NCBI RefSeq assembly: GCF_006345805.1 | Contig: NC_043004.1 | Coordinates: 8,308,001-8,372,000, forward strand | DNA: 64,000 nucleotides | Source of the DNA: Octopus sinensis | Taxonomy: Eukaryota | Reading direction: 5' to 3' | Part shown: in pieces, positions 13,410-26,070 of the stretch | Layout: each line of letters opens with the position of its first letter | Numbering within the stretch: position 1 is the stretch's first letter | The notes under the pieces: generated by a model | What the model was told of the DNA's origin: nothing | The model's database searches: none | The model's input: the letters and a program-made list of their open reading frames with translations, nothing else | Position numbers and translations under genes: made by a program

Positions 13410-13680
13410 GTGTATACCGTAGGCTATTTTTCAGGCTTAGAATATCTTGATTGAATGAAACTTGTCAACACCTGGAAGAATTGATAATTCTGATCGATTC
13501 TTCCATGTGTTAACAAGTACCTCCTTGAGACAATGTAAACTTGCTTTCAATCAAGATATCTTTGGCCTGACGAATAGCCTGCGGTATATACCTCGTTTGG
13601 ATATTTACCACATCCGAGATTCTGCTTGCTATGAAACATATGTAGCTCGGATCTTATCTACTCCACTCATTATTAACTCT
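13410..13680 (+). mobile_element. PLE pseudo-LTR remnant with inverted partial duplication
   Basis: 46-bp imperfect inverted repeat (13410-13455 / 13546-13591), hammerhead motif, 3' end runs into (TA)/(TACA)n. Confidence 0.6.
13564..13647 (+). ncRNA. Type I hammerhead ribozyme motif
   Basis: Stem I ggc/gct, CTGACGA 13567-73, stem II atagc/gctat, GAAA 13633-36, palindromic stem III ACATATGT, GUA cleavage after 13644. Confidence 0.78.
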
Positions 13681-13686
13681 TTATAT

Positions 13687-13719
<33 letters not shown>

Positions 13720-13729
13720 CACATGTATG

Positions 13730-13798
<69 letters not shown>

Positions 13799-13926
13799 CA
13801 TACACTTCTTGTCTACGCGCGCACACACACACATACAAACACACAGAAAACTCACTCCCAAATAAAATGTGTTCTTGTATTATTCGATAAATTATTGTCA
13901 CACCTCGGATCTCATGAAACAAAGTT

Positions 13927-14072
<146 letters not shown>

Positions 14073-14495
14073 ATAAGCCCGGTTCCAGCTGGTTGACAGC
14101 TGTATCAAGCTGGATTACATCCTTATTCTTTGGTCCCCTTTTCGTTCTTTGTAATTCTCGCCAGATGAGGTTGAAGTTGCTGACCCCTTATAAAAGTGCT
14201 GAACTGGGAACCATATTCTTTGCTGTTCCCTTATTTCATTTACAGGATGGAAAGGGACATTTGTAGATGTAAATAAATCACTTTTTTCAAACGTCAAGTG
14301 TTCTCTCGAAGCACTCTTAAAAAAAAATTCATGTGTGTAAATATGTGTATATGTAAGTCTGCGTGTGTGTGTCTGTATGTACAGATGTATGTATTCGTAT
14401 ATACTCGTACACGCATACTTGAATGCATACATATATAAATACCATGCAATTATATATGTGTATATGTAGACTTATGTATATACACACACACCACA

Positions 14496-14544
<49 letters not shown>

Positions 14545-14844
14545 ATATATATATATATAATATATATATATATATACATACATACATACACACACATATA
14601 TATATGTTTGGCTTGGAATATATGTGAGTTTGTTTTAGTCAGACTAAGATCAATGTGCTCATATAACTGAGGGAGTGATAGAGAGAGAGGGAGAGAGAAA
14701 GAGGGTGGGTGGGTATGCATGCACGCATGTGTATCTGTATTAGTCAATTGAACACTATTAAATAAAGATATATAAAAAGAAGCGTTAAAAAGTACATCTA
14801 TTAAGCTCATAGTTATTCACATGTATAAAGCGCTATTTTACATT

Positions 14845-14896
<52 letters not shown>

Positions 14897-14897
<1 letters not shown>

Positions 14898-15090
14898 TCT
14901 GGTTCCTAACTCGTTTCTCACTTTTTTCAACTACATTTTCTCATTCATTTTTATTTTCCTCACCACCTTTCCTCATTCTTTTATTTTTTGATGAAGGACT
15001 AGCACCCGAAACGTCAATACTTCATCCGTTCGTTTTTAAGCGTTAAACTAATGCAAACTTTGTTAAAAGCTCTTCCTGCTGTATTCTATT
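14897..15090 (+). mobile_element. Decayed PLE pseudo-LTR with degenerate hammerhead (14984-15019)
   Basis: ttgatga-a-gg..cc-gaaacgtc: core C3 changed to T, ACGT stem III; pyrimidine-rich context like the young PLE LTR. Confidence 0.5.
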
Positions 15091-15650
15091 GCCTTATAGA
15101 TGCCAATATATATGTACAAAATCTATACGTACATACATACACAAATGTTTATATGTATAAATAAATATAAAATGCCAAGTACATACAAAACTATCCACAT
15201 AGCTAGACTGGCTTTCATACTGGCAAGAAGGGATATGCATCAATCTGTGATTCATCTAGTGTGACAGTATCGCCGGGTGAAATGAATCAATAATGGTGAT
15301 CAACCGGATGCCCACAGATAATACGGACTATAATGTACTCATCCCAAGGATACGGACTCTGACATTAAAATCATGTGACTTGTGGAAACGCACATAGCGA
15401 TGTATTTATAAATCCTATCTTAAAATTATTGTTCTCATTATATTTATACTTCATTATATCGGTATAACCTTGATGCAACCCCGGCAGAATAAAATAGGAA
15501 CTTTATTTTTATACCCTAAACGTTAGCATAAACAAAATTTATATACATACATACATACATAGATACATACATACATGCATACATACATACATACACATAT
15601 ACATACATACATACATACCTACATATACATACATACATACATACATACAT

Positions 15651-16077
15651 AGGGTACCCCCACACACTCCTTTAATTCAACTACTGCCTGCTACAAGCCA
15701 CTGTCCACACATAGATACACACATACATACACACACATACACACACACGCACACACTCACACACACACACTCGTTTTCTCGCACACCTTTTTTACCATTC
15801 CCTCTTTGATTCAGCTCTCCTGTTTTTAAAAAACATTTTCCTCCTTTTTTACCACTTCCGTCTTTTCAGTATGTGACCTCGTGAAGACTACCTGCAATTT
15901 TTTTTCCTCTGTCCTCCCGTCTCGGGATCTTTCTTTCTCCTATGTTTCCGACGAAGAGCTCCGCTCGAAACGTCATACCCTCCTTCTTCCATTTTCCTGA
16001 GCGCCTAATAATAATAATACTGTAATTGTTCCACGTGTTGTTGTTTTTTCTGTTTTCCCGTTTGGATTAACCTTATA
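15651..16077 (+). repeat. 5' pseudo-LTR of the PLE
   Basis: About 300 bp from ctcgttttctcgc to ccttata reads identical to the 3' copy; differences lie in the 5' part, mainly the CA tract. Confidence 0.95.
15944..15978 (+). ncRNA. Minimal type I hammerhead variant in 5' pLTR
   Basis: gttt-CCGACGA-a-gagc(tcc)gctc-GAAA-CGT-C|atac; core U4 is C and stem I has one mismatch. Confidence 0.6.
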
Positions 16078-16411
16078 CCCCTGCGCGCCTACACGGACCC
16101 CTTGTACCTTGGATACCAATTCCCGGATTTTTGCACCTACGGATTACTTTTACCATTCTTCCGGACCCACGGATTACCTGCTACCTTTCTTCCGGAGTAC
16201 TGCCACTATCGTGATTGAAAATCATTATTTAATCTGTCCGTTGACTCTCAAAACTCTTTCCTAACTTTTTTCAACTTTTTTCAACTTTTTTCAATTGTTT
16301 TCAAACTGTCTTCACCTTTTTCTTTTTTCTTCTTTTTTTATCTTCCTTTTGTCTCTCCTTTTTTCTGTATCGCCACCACCCACATTTACCTGTTTGCCAC
16401 CAACTCTCATC

Positions 16412-19234
16412 ATGCCTGACTTGCACTCGTTCGTCCAACACCTTCAATCCCTCCTTAGCCGCTATCTCGCGTTCTACCCCCCACAATGTTCCGCACCTGC
16501 TAAAAAACTTTCCCGCTTGCTTTTTAAGAAAACTCGCCATTCCAGCCATCTCTCCTTCCTTAGCCGTTGCCTCCGCCATCATGTCACACCCCGCGGTTTC
16601 CTCCTGAAGTTCCACGCTACCCCCTATTCCTCCCCTTCATCGAACCCACCCTCGCTCGTACCTCCCGCTCCCTCCTCCGCGCCACCATCCGCTCCACCCG
16701 CCCCCTCCTTGACTCCCTCGACCATCAACTTCCCCAGGCCTACCTCCTTCTCTCCGCCCTCTGCCCTCCACTCTTCACCCAACCTATCCTCCGCTTCATT
16801 CTTAATCTCAACCACCAACTCCACAACTTCCTCACACACACAAAAAACAAAAAACTCCACCACTTCCTCAACCCCTCACCCCTTCCCTATCCTCCCCCAT
16901 TGCTCCCCCAACCACCCCTTCGTACCTACCCCTCCCTCTTCCACGGACCCACACCGTGACCTTCCTACGCCTAACCCATCTTCACCCAACCACCCCTACC
17001 CTCCCCTTCACACCCCTGCACCCCCTCTGCCTACCCTAGTCCTTCCACCACCCCGCTTCCTCGCGCTGTTGTCACTATACCCCCAACCTCCCCCTCTCCG
17101 CCGCCGAGCGCTCTCTCCTCAGTAAGGGTCTCCGCTTCACGCCACTCACGCGCCACTGTGATGAGTTCGAGACTCGGGCTGACGTCAACCTGTTCCTGCG
17201 CCGCCTCAAACTTTGCGCATTCTACCACGCGTCCCCGCAGCGTCACAACAATCAGGATTGCCTTTTGGAGCTGGGGCGTCGTCCATCCAACTGGACGCCG
17301 CCCCCAGGCCTATTCAGTAGCCTAGATTCGTTTGTACATGACTGCAACGCGTTGGTCCACCGGTTCAACTTTGAACCAAGACCCCGCCGAGCCAACCTCA
17401 CTTGGGCCGAATCCATTGCCCTTCGCCACCTCCGCCGTCGTAATGACATCGTCATCAAACCGGCGGACAAAGGCGGGGCAGTGGTAGTGTGGGGCGCGGA
17501 CCTATACAGGGAGGAAGCGCTCAGCCAGCTTCAAAATCCCCTCTTCTATCGCCTCCTCCCCTCCGATCCCACCTCCTCCTACCAACAGCGAGTGTCCTCC
17601 ACCATCCGCAACCTCATCTCCTCCTCTGCTCTCCCCCCCACCGCCACCAACCTCATGGTCCGCACACCCCGCACCTCCACCATCTACTTCCTTCCCAAGA
17701 TCCATAAACCCTCTAATCCTGGCCGTCCCATAGTCTCTGCCTGTAATTGCCCCACTGAATACATTTCCCTATACCTCGACCGCATCCTGTCCCCCTTAGT
17801 CGCAGCCCTCCCATCCCACATACACGACACCAACCACGCCCTCCGTCTCTTCAATTCCTTTTCCTTCCCTTCCAGCCCCTCACACCTCCTCTTCACATTA
17901 GATGTAAAATCCCTGTACACAGTGATTCCCCACAATGACGGTCTCCTAGCCCTCCAACACTTCCTCGACCGTCGTCCCGACCCCACCCCTAGCACCCCCA
18001 CCCTTCTCCGCTTGGCTGAGCTCGTCCTCACCGTCAACTGTTTCACGTTCGCCGGGGAAACGTACCAACAGAGGGGTGCGGGGTCGCGATGGGAACTAGG
18101 ATGGGCCCCAATTTCGCCAATCTCTTTCTTGGCTACATTGAGGCCCAAGTATTCTCCCAGTTCTCTGGGCCGACCCCCGAACTATACGGTCGCTATATAG
18201 ACGACTGCATAGGTGCCACCTCCCTTTCCCGTGAACTTCTCGGCCAATTCATCTCTTTCCTTTCCAACTTTCACCTCTCTCTTCAATTCACCTCCACCAT
18301 CTCCAACACCTCTGTCAATTTCCTTGACATCTCTCTCCGAATCGACCACCCCTCCAACTCTCTCACCACCACCGCCTTCTTTAAACCTACGGACTCCCAC
18401 CTCTATCTCAACTTCTCCTCCTCCCACCCCTTCCACACCAAACGAGCCATCCCCTACTCCCAGTTCCTCCGCCTCCGACGTTTGTGCAGCCGCCACCAGG
18501 ATTTCGAGACCCAATCTCAATACCTGGCCCGCCTGTTCAGACTCCGAGGGGACCCACCTATACTCATCTCTAATGCCCTCACCCGCGCCCGTCGCATCGA
18601 CCGCACCACCGCACTGTCTCCTTCCCTCCACCCACCCCCCAACCGCACCCCTTCCCCTCCTTTTCCACCCCTCTACCCTACCCCTTCGTCGCAATATACT
18701 ACGTGCCTTCCGTCGCCTCCAGCTTCATCCCACAACCCGCCCCATTTTCCCTAACCCACCCATCTCCTCCTTCTACGTGACCTCCACAGCACCCTCTCTC
18801 CTTCCCCCTCAGCCCCACACGGATCATTCCCTTGCTCTAGATCCCGCTGCAACACTTGCCCCCTCATCACCAACACCACTGCTGTCACTGGCTCCAACCG
18901 GCGAACTGTACGTATTAGGCACTCCTTTACGTGCACCTCGTCTGGCCTCATTTACTGCATTAAATGCAACCTATGCGGGATGCTGTATGTAGGACAAACG
19001 GGACGCCGGTTGTCCGACCGATTCACAGAACATTTGAGGGACGTTCGCCTACACTCTTTTTCTCCCGTCGCACGCCACTTCCGCTCGGCCAGCCATTCCC
19101 TAGATGACATCTCAGTGTTTGGTCTCGCCCCCCACAATGGTCGTCCACTTTCTAGGCTCCACTTGGAGCAACGCTACATCTTCACCCTACAAACTACTAC
19201 CGTACACGGACTTAACACAGCCCCCTCCTCCTAA
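16412..19234 (+). CDS. PLE polyprotein (~940 codons): N-terminal domain, RT, GIY-YIG endonuclease; several frameshifts
   Basis: HLSFLSRCLRHHVTPRGF, IVIKPADKGGAVVVW, PGRPIVS, DVKSLYT (17901), MGTRMGPNFANLF, RYIDD (18194-18205), NFLDI, HPFHTKRAIPYSQFLR, RCNTC, LIYCIKC..LYVGQTGR..RFTEH, GLN, TAA at 19232-34. Confidence 0.93.
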
Positions 19235-21805
19235 GGTTTTTTTTTCCCGGATAAACACCCCCCCACACACACACCTACCTACATCCCACACGCCTGTTCA
19301 CACACACACATACGGATACACATCTACGTACACACATTCACACATTTAATCACACATACTTATAGACATACCTGCACACACTAACATACAAACCAACATG
19401 CACATACACACACACATACATACATACACACACACATACATACTTACACACACACACACACACACAGACATACATACATACATACACACATACATACGCA
19501 CATACATACAACACACACACATCGCACATACATACTTCACACACCTATACTTACATACACACACACACATGCACACATAGATGTACGCACACATACATAC
19601 ACACATACCCACACATGCACACCTTTACACGAATGCACACACACATACACCTATTTGCACCCAGGCAAACCCCCCTCTTTTCTCCCTTCTGGTTTTGGTT
19701 GATGGATCCTCGGTTCCCGTGGAGCGGGTTGTTCGGGGACCCCGCGCGCGCACGCCTTGGCGCGTGCTGGGGGTTGGTCGGCCCCATGGGCTTGCGTTGT
19801 ATTGTTTCTGTGTTGTGTGTGTGAGCGTGCTTCGTGTGTGTGGGCGTGCTTCGGGGTGTGTGGTGCGTATGTATACATACATACCCACACACACGCATGC
19901 ATCCTACCCACATACATACACGCACACCTACTCACACACACACTTACACACACACATACACACACACATACCCGCACACACACACACATACATATATACA
20001 CACACACACCTAATTCAGACATACACATACACCCATACACTCACACTCACACGCATACACACACACACACATACACACGCACACGCACACATACACACAC
20101 ACACCTACATACATACATTACACTTGTACACACACACACTTACATTCATACACACACACACCTACACAGCCATACCTTCACTCATACATACACACATACC
20201 TACACACACACACAAACACTCACAGACACACACCCATACATACATACACCTATATACACACGCCTACACACATACATACACACATACATAAACACACACA
20301 CATACACATACACATACATACGCACACACACATATACTTACACACATGCACACCACACACATAAATACATACAACACCCACACACATACACATACATATA
20401 CTTACATACTCCTATACGCACATACATACACACAGACACACACATACACTCACACTACATACACACACACATACTTACACACACACTCGCCTGCACGCGC
20501 ACACACATGCATGACTAACACCCATACACTCACACTCACATACACACACACACCAACATATACACGCACACGCACACATACACGCACACACACACCTACA
20601 CTCCCACACACACCTACATACACATGCATACACACACACACAAACACACACGGACACACCCATACATACATACATACATACATACATACACCTATACACA
20701 CACGCCCACACACCTACATACACACACATGCATACACACACACACACGGACACACCCATACATACTTACATACATACACCTATACACACACGCCTACACA
20801 CCTACATACACACACACATGTACGCACATACACACACATATACGCACATACATATATACCTACACACATGCACACACACTCACACACACATACGCACATG
20901 CATACGCATACATGCATACATGCATACACACACACACACGCACGTACACATACATACACACACACACATACATACACCCATACACATACATGCATCCTAC
21001 ACACAGAGACATACACACTCACACATACATACACACTCACACACCTGCATGTACGCGCATACACATGCACCTACACATACTTCCACACACACACGTACAT
21101 ACATACACACTCATACACATACACACACACACACACGGACATACATCTATATATACACATATACACACACACATCCACACACATACATACTTACACACAC
21201 ACTCGCAGGCGCGCGCACATACACGCTTGTGCACGTTCGCGCACGCATACACGCATGCATGCACCACGCTCGTGGTTTGACCGACTAGATCTCCTGTACG
21301 TATCTGGGGCCAGCGCGTGTCTTTGGGTTCTCCCACGCCTGTCGCCGCGGGACCACTCTTCCATCTTCCCCTCCCCCCCTCCGCGGAAGTTTTTTCCCTT
21401 AACCCCCCCTTTGTACACCACGCACCACACATACACACACCCACTCACACACACCACATTTGCATATTATATACATTACACTTATACACTTCAAATTTAC
21501 TTGCCATACACACAACTACGCACACTGGACACACTACCACTCTACACACACACTGGCACGTTACATACGCCCCCACCCTTTCCCTCCTTCCCTTCTTCCC
21601 TCCTTCCTCCCTTTTTTTACCACTGACCACTCACTCGAGACTTGCTATGTCATCTGTTCGCCCTGCACGCACTAACATATACATATTTTTTGTTTTTTTA
21701 TCTCGCCTCACACACACATACACAACGCACACGCACACACTCACACATACATACACACGCACACATACATACCTCCCTGTTTCTGATCTGCCTTTCTGAC
21801 TTGCT
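19235..21805 (+). repeat. 2.57 kb degenerate (CA)/(TACA) array forming the PLE 3' UTR, with three unique islands
   Basis: Lies between the ORF stop and the 3' pLTR; islands at about 19650-19870, 21255-21420 and 21620-21710; ~80-bp higher-order repeats at 20650-20820. Confidence 0.88.
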
Positions 21806-22206
21806 AGGGTAGCCCCACACACTCCTTTAATTCAACTACTGCCTGCTACTAGCCACTGTCCACCATACACACACATACACACATACGCACACACCACACA
21901 CACACACTCGTTTTCTCGCACACCTTTTTTACCATTCCCTCTTTGATTCAGCTCTCCTGTTTTTAAAAAACATTTTCCTCCTTTTTTACCACTTCCGTCT
22001 TTTCAGTATGTGACCTCGTGAAGACTACCTGCAATTTTTTTTCCTCTGTCCTCCCGTCTCGGGATCTTTCTTTCTCCTATGTTTCCGACGAAGAGCTCCG
22101 CTCGAAACGTCATACCCTCCTTCTTCCATTTTCCTGAGCGCCTAATAATAATAATACTGTAATTGTTCCACGTGTTGTTGTTTTTTCTGTTTTCCCGTTT
22201 GGATTA

Positions 22207-22214
<8 letters not shown>
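21806..22214 (+). repeat. 3' pseudo-LTR of the PLE
   Basis: Direct repeat of 15651-16077; terminal ttata merges into (TA)n. Confidence 0.95.
22081..22115 (+). ncRNA. Minimal type I hammerhead variant in 3' pLTR
   Basis: Identical to 15944-15978; predicted site after C22111. Confidence 0.6.
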
Positions 22215-22252
<38 letters not shown>

Positions 22253-23034
22253 CAATAGTTTTAACTATGTGCTCTTTTATTGTGTCAATAAAAGCATATC
22301 TCCTTCATTTCGATTTCCGCAGAGACGTACAGAACCAATCTGTCTTGGGAATTGAGAGACTGTACGCGCACACTCACGCACACACACACACACACACACC
22401 ACACACACACACATACACACACACACACACACACACATACAGAGGCACAAAAACAAACATACAAATATATGTATATATGCATGTATAAGCTTTAAATTTA
22501 ATAAGGAAACATTGAGTGAATGACAAAATCGTTGTAGTTTGACTTTTAAGAGAACGGCTGAAGGCAATTTGCGAAGCCCTGAAACCTTAGAGCTTGTATG
22601 TAATGTTAGTAATAGTTGTAAATGATCGAAAGTTTCATTAAAATAGGAGAGGCGTGGTCGTTTTCTCAGATTTGTGCAAGTTTTTTCTCGTTAACTTACC
22701 ATCCTATACATTTCCCATGAAAGTCTGTGTTGTTATCTTGGTGTATATCTAAGTTTTATGTTTCGTCTTCTTATTTTCGTAATCTTATTGAATTTATTTC
22801 ACTGAGATCTTGTTAATTCCAACAGTCGTCTCGTACAATTTTTCCCCTCATAAAACCATATCCTAAGTTAAATATTTCTCTCAACGATACTACTTTGTCC
22901 AACAACATAACAGTTCTTATAATTCAAACATTTTATTCATTAAATAACTAACACCTGTAGAATACTTGATATTTAATCGAGCTTCCTCTAAGTAGCTTAA
23001 AAATAATACCTTGTTTTGTAGTAATTTCTGAATC

Positions 23035-23450
23035 TGTTCACCGTTAAATTTCTTACACCTGGCAATATCATGTATCTCTATAAAGCCACCATTCAACCGA
23101 ATTTTGCTGCCATCTCTCGGCTGGTCTCACTTCTGAGTGTCTTAACTTGCTTGATCGAATTCAGAATCGAATTGTTAAAATTGTAGGTTCTCTTCTTTCA
23201 ATAAAGGCTGGAATCTTTGACTTCCCGTCAAAATGTACCTTCGTTATGCCTTTTCTATAAGTATTTCCATGATCATCGCTCTAATGAACTTTCTGATCGA
23301 TTATCCTCTGTAAAGAGCTTTAAGTGTGTCGCCCACTCCACTTCCCCAGGCGTATCGTTTTCTGTTGAATTCTTTGATTCCAATAGCTTCTTTCCTCGAG
23401 TTGCTTCTCATTTCATTACCATTCCTAAATTTCCAAACATTCTTTTCATA
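23035..23450 (+). mobile_element. Old LINE RT C-terminal remnant (CR1/L2/Jockey group)
   Basis: MYLYKATIQP..., LLDRIQNRIVKIVG, SRQNVPSLCLFYKYFH..SNEL, with frameshifts. Confidence 0.7.
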
Positions 23451-23621
23451 AGTAGAATTATTCCATTTCCCAAATTTCGTACTAAGCTGCCAAAAACTTC
23501 AGTTTGAAGTATATATCAATTTAGTAACCGTTATACCATTGTGGACAATGGAATAATTACTAATTTTTTATGGCAATTATAATTTTTTATTTGGAATTCA
23601 ACTATATTTATTTCACTTTAA

Positions 23622-24012
23622 GGCGGCGAGCTGGCAGAATCGTTAGTGCGCCGGGCGAAATGCTCAGCAGTATTTCGTATGTCTTTACACTCTGAGTTCA
23701 AATTCCGCCGAGGTCGACTTTGCCTTTCATCCTTTCGATGTCGATAAATTAAGTACCAGTTACGCACTGGAGTCGATATAATCAACTTAATCCGTTTGTC
23801 TGTCCTTGTTTGTTCCCTCTACGTTTAGTCCCTTGTGGGTAGTAAAGAAATAGGTTTTTCGTATGTCTTTACGTTCTGAGTTCAAATTCCGTCGACTTTG
23901 CTTTTTATCCTTTTGAGTTGTTAAATTAAGTACTAGTTGCCTACTGGGGTCGATCTAATCGACGGGCTCCTCCCCCAAAATTTCAGGCCTTGTGCCTAGA
24001 GTAGAAAAGAAT
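23622..24012 (+). mobile_element. SINE family A, tandem body
   Basis: Colinear with 721-1119. Confidence 0.9.
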
Positions 24013-24039
24013 ATTTGTTTTACTTAGAATCAATGGGAT

Positions 24040-24870
24040 ACAGTGTGTGGTAAATAAATTGTCTAAATTACGCAAAAAGGAAAATAACATTGACATCTCA
24101 TTTTAACAAGATATATTTAACGAAATTACATAAAAATATCTTGAAATATTAAAGAGTAAATTTATTCAATGAAATCGCCGTTGGCTTTAATTACGGCCTC
24201 CAGATGACTTCGGAATCTCCTGCAACTCTTCTGTACGCTCTCCTTGTTTAAGTTGGTGAATGCTGCCATAATCCTTGGTTTCAGTTCATCTTTGATGTTA
24301 CAAGGAGTTTTGTTGGTCTCCCACTCAAATGCGCCCCACGCAATAATCAAGGGGGTTGCAATCTGGGGAGTGAGGTGGTCAGATGTTAGGGGTGATGTGG
24401 TCGCAGAAATTGTCTGACAGTCATGACTGGGTTCCTCTGCTTGTGTGATATGGTGCAGAGCCCTGTTGCCAGACATAGGCTCTTCCAGCAACAACCCTCT
24501 TCACCCAGGGCAGCACTATCTCCGCCAGGCACTTGATGTAACCTCTCTGAGGCCGTGTGAGAAGATGAATGAAGGCATAACGCCGCCATCACTAGCAATC
24601 ATCCCAAACACCATGATATTGACTGGGTGTTTGATTTTCATCACTCTTGGTACATGTAATCAGATTGCACTCTCCTCAGATTGACACACAAACTCTCTGA
24701 AATGTTCGTATTGGAGATTCCGGCGCGAATGCCAAGCAGTTTAGCATGTCGTTTCCAAATTTCTGGCAGAATGAATTGCGTCATGATGCTGTTTTTCTCA
24801 CAGACGCAACTCAACTGACCCTACTATACTGTTTAATCGACAAAATCAATAACAAACAATGTATGTGCTT
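24040..24870 (-). mobile_element. maT-type (DD37D) mariner-superfamily remnant
   Basis: MVFGMIASDG; YVWQQ(G)SAPYHTS...SPDCNPLDY with 37 residues between the 2nd (mutated) and 3rd Asp; C-terminus AVIKANGDFIE; stops and frameshifts. Confidence 0.85.
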
Positions 24871-25568
24871 GTTCTTGAATTTATCAATGTTCTAGTTTAC
24901 AGTTAGTGGCGTATATTATTATTCTGGTTAAAACTTCCGAAATTCAAAACGTCCTCCTACTTTTGATAAACTTCCCCTTTTTATGCAACCGAATCTACAT
25001 TACATAAAAGTTCTAAGATTTCTTGTGATTTCATTGTTTGACAAACTGAAATTTTGAAGTAAGAGTCATTTAGTTAAATAGCACACAAACACACATCTAT
25101 ATGTGTCACTGTATGTCTGTGATTATGTGAATGTGATGGACGCTGCTACGAACATGTAACTCGGTGCATGGTCGGGTTGTTGGCAAACTAAACGACCAGT
25201 CTTACCGAACCTACTTGAAGAGGAAGTTGTTTTTTTCAATATCCTGAGAGCTGAAAATCAAAACATATCAAAATGCGGATAAACTCAGTAGAGTCAACGA
25301 CCATCCAATAGTTTGTGTGTGTGTTGCGTGCGTGTACGTGCGCGAATGTGTGCGTGTGTGTGTGTGTGTTTATGTGTGTGTTTATGTACATGTACATATG
25401 CATACTCACACACATACACACATGCACGCACATAATAAAGTTATAAATAATAGAGTGTAAATTTTGGGTTAAAACACTTTTGGATGAAAAAGTCGAGTTC
25501 CATCGTTAAAGACGAATTATTTCATGTCTCGAAGTTTCTAAGTTGTTATGACGTAAACAACACACACA

Positions 25569-25631
<63 letters not shown>

Positions 25632-25713
25632 TACGCGTGTGTGTGTTTGCATGTTTGTACATATGTATGTAAGTGTATATATGTGTGTTTGCATGTTCGG
25701 TGTTTGAAGTCTT

Positions 25714-26070
25714 CGGCCATCTTGCAATTTTTAATTTACTTCTTCCTCATCAACTCCTAATATTTAGAGAATGGCGTACGTCCCACACAAACCGTTTGTC
25801 ATTATATAATTTGAAATGTTGGTACGATTTGATTGGGAATTTTTCTCTCGCTTTAAATGGTGGCTCGAGTTTCTTTGAAACTGAAAACAGATGGAGTATC
25901 GTATTGGTGTATGACAAAGAGCTACAGCCATTTCCGTTGTTTTCCGTAGTATAAAGGGAAACAGCCGTAGTCATCTGATCGCGGGCGTGAATCCAGAATC
26001 TACGGAAGTGACGTCATAGGTGGCGTCTTCGTATTACCTTACTGAAGTATGTGCCCGTGATGGCGTGAGT
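25714..26070. promoter_or_regulatory. CpG-rich candidate promoter/enhancer (ETS-CRE composite, YY1-like and extra ETS motifs)
   Basis: CGGAAGTGACGTCA at 26003-26016; minus-strand CAAGATGGCCG at 25714-25724; TTCCG cores near 25934 and 25943; GTGAGT donor-like site at 26065. Confidence 0.4.

Larger units (their letters stand above)
15651..22214 (+). mobile_element. Penelope-like retroelement (Neptune-like), near full length, young
   Basis: RT + GIY-YIG ORF between direct pseudo-LTRs (15651-16077, 21806-22214); 5' flank (TACA)n, 3' flank (TA)n, no TSD. Confidence 0.95.

Noticed and set aside
19700-19760. HDV-like ribozyme (gga-tcctcggt-tcc resembles P3/L3)
   Set aside because: No matching P1 5' strand, and no catalytic C-R-A junction with P2.
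20346-21626. 426-aa His/Thr/Tyr-rich ORF and similar ORFs across the window
   Set aside because: Translation of (CA)/(TACA)/(TA) repeats, which lack stops in several frames.
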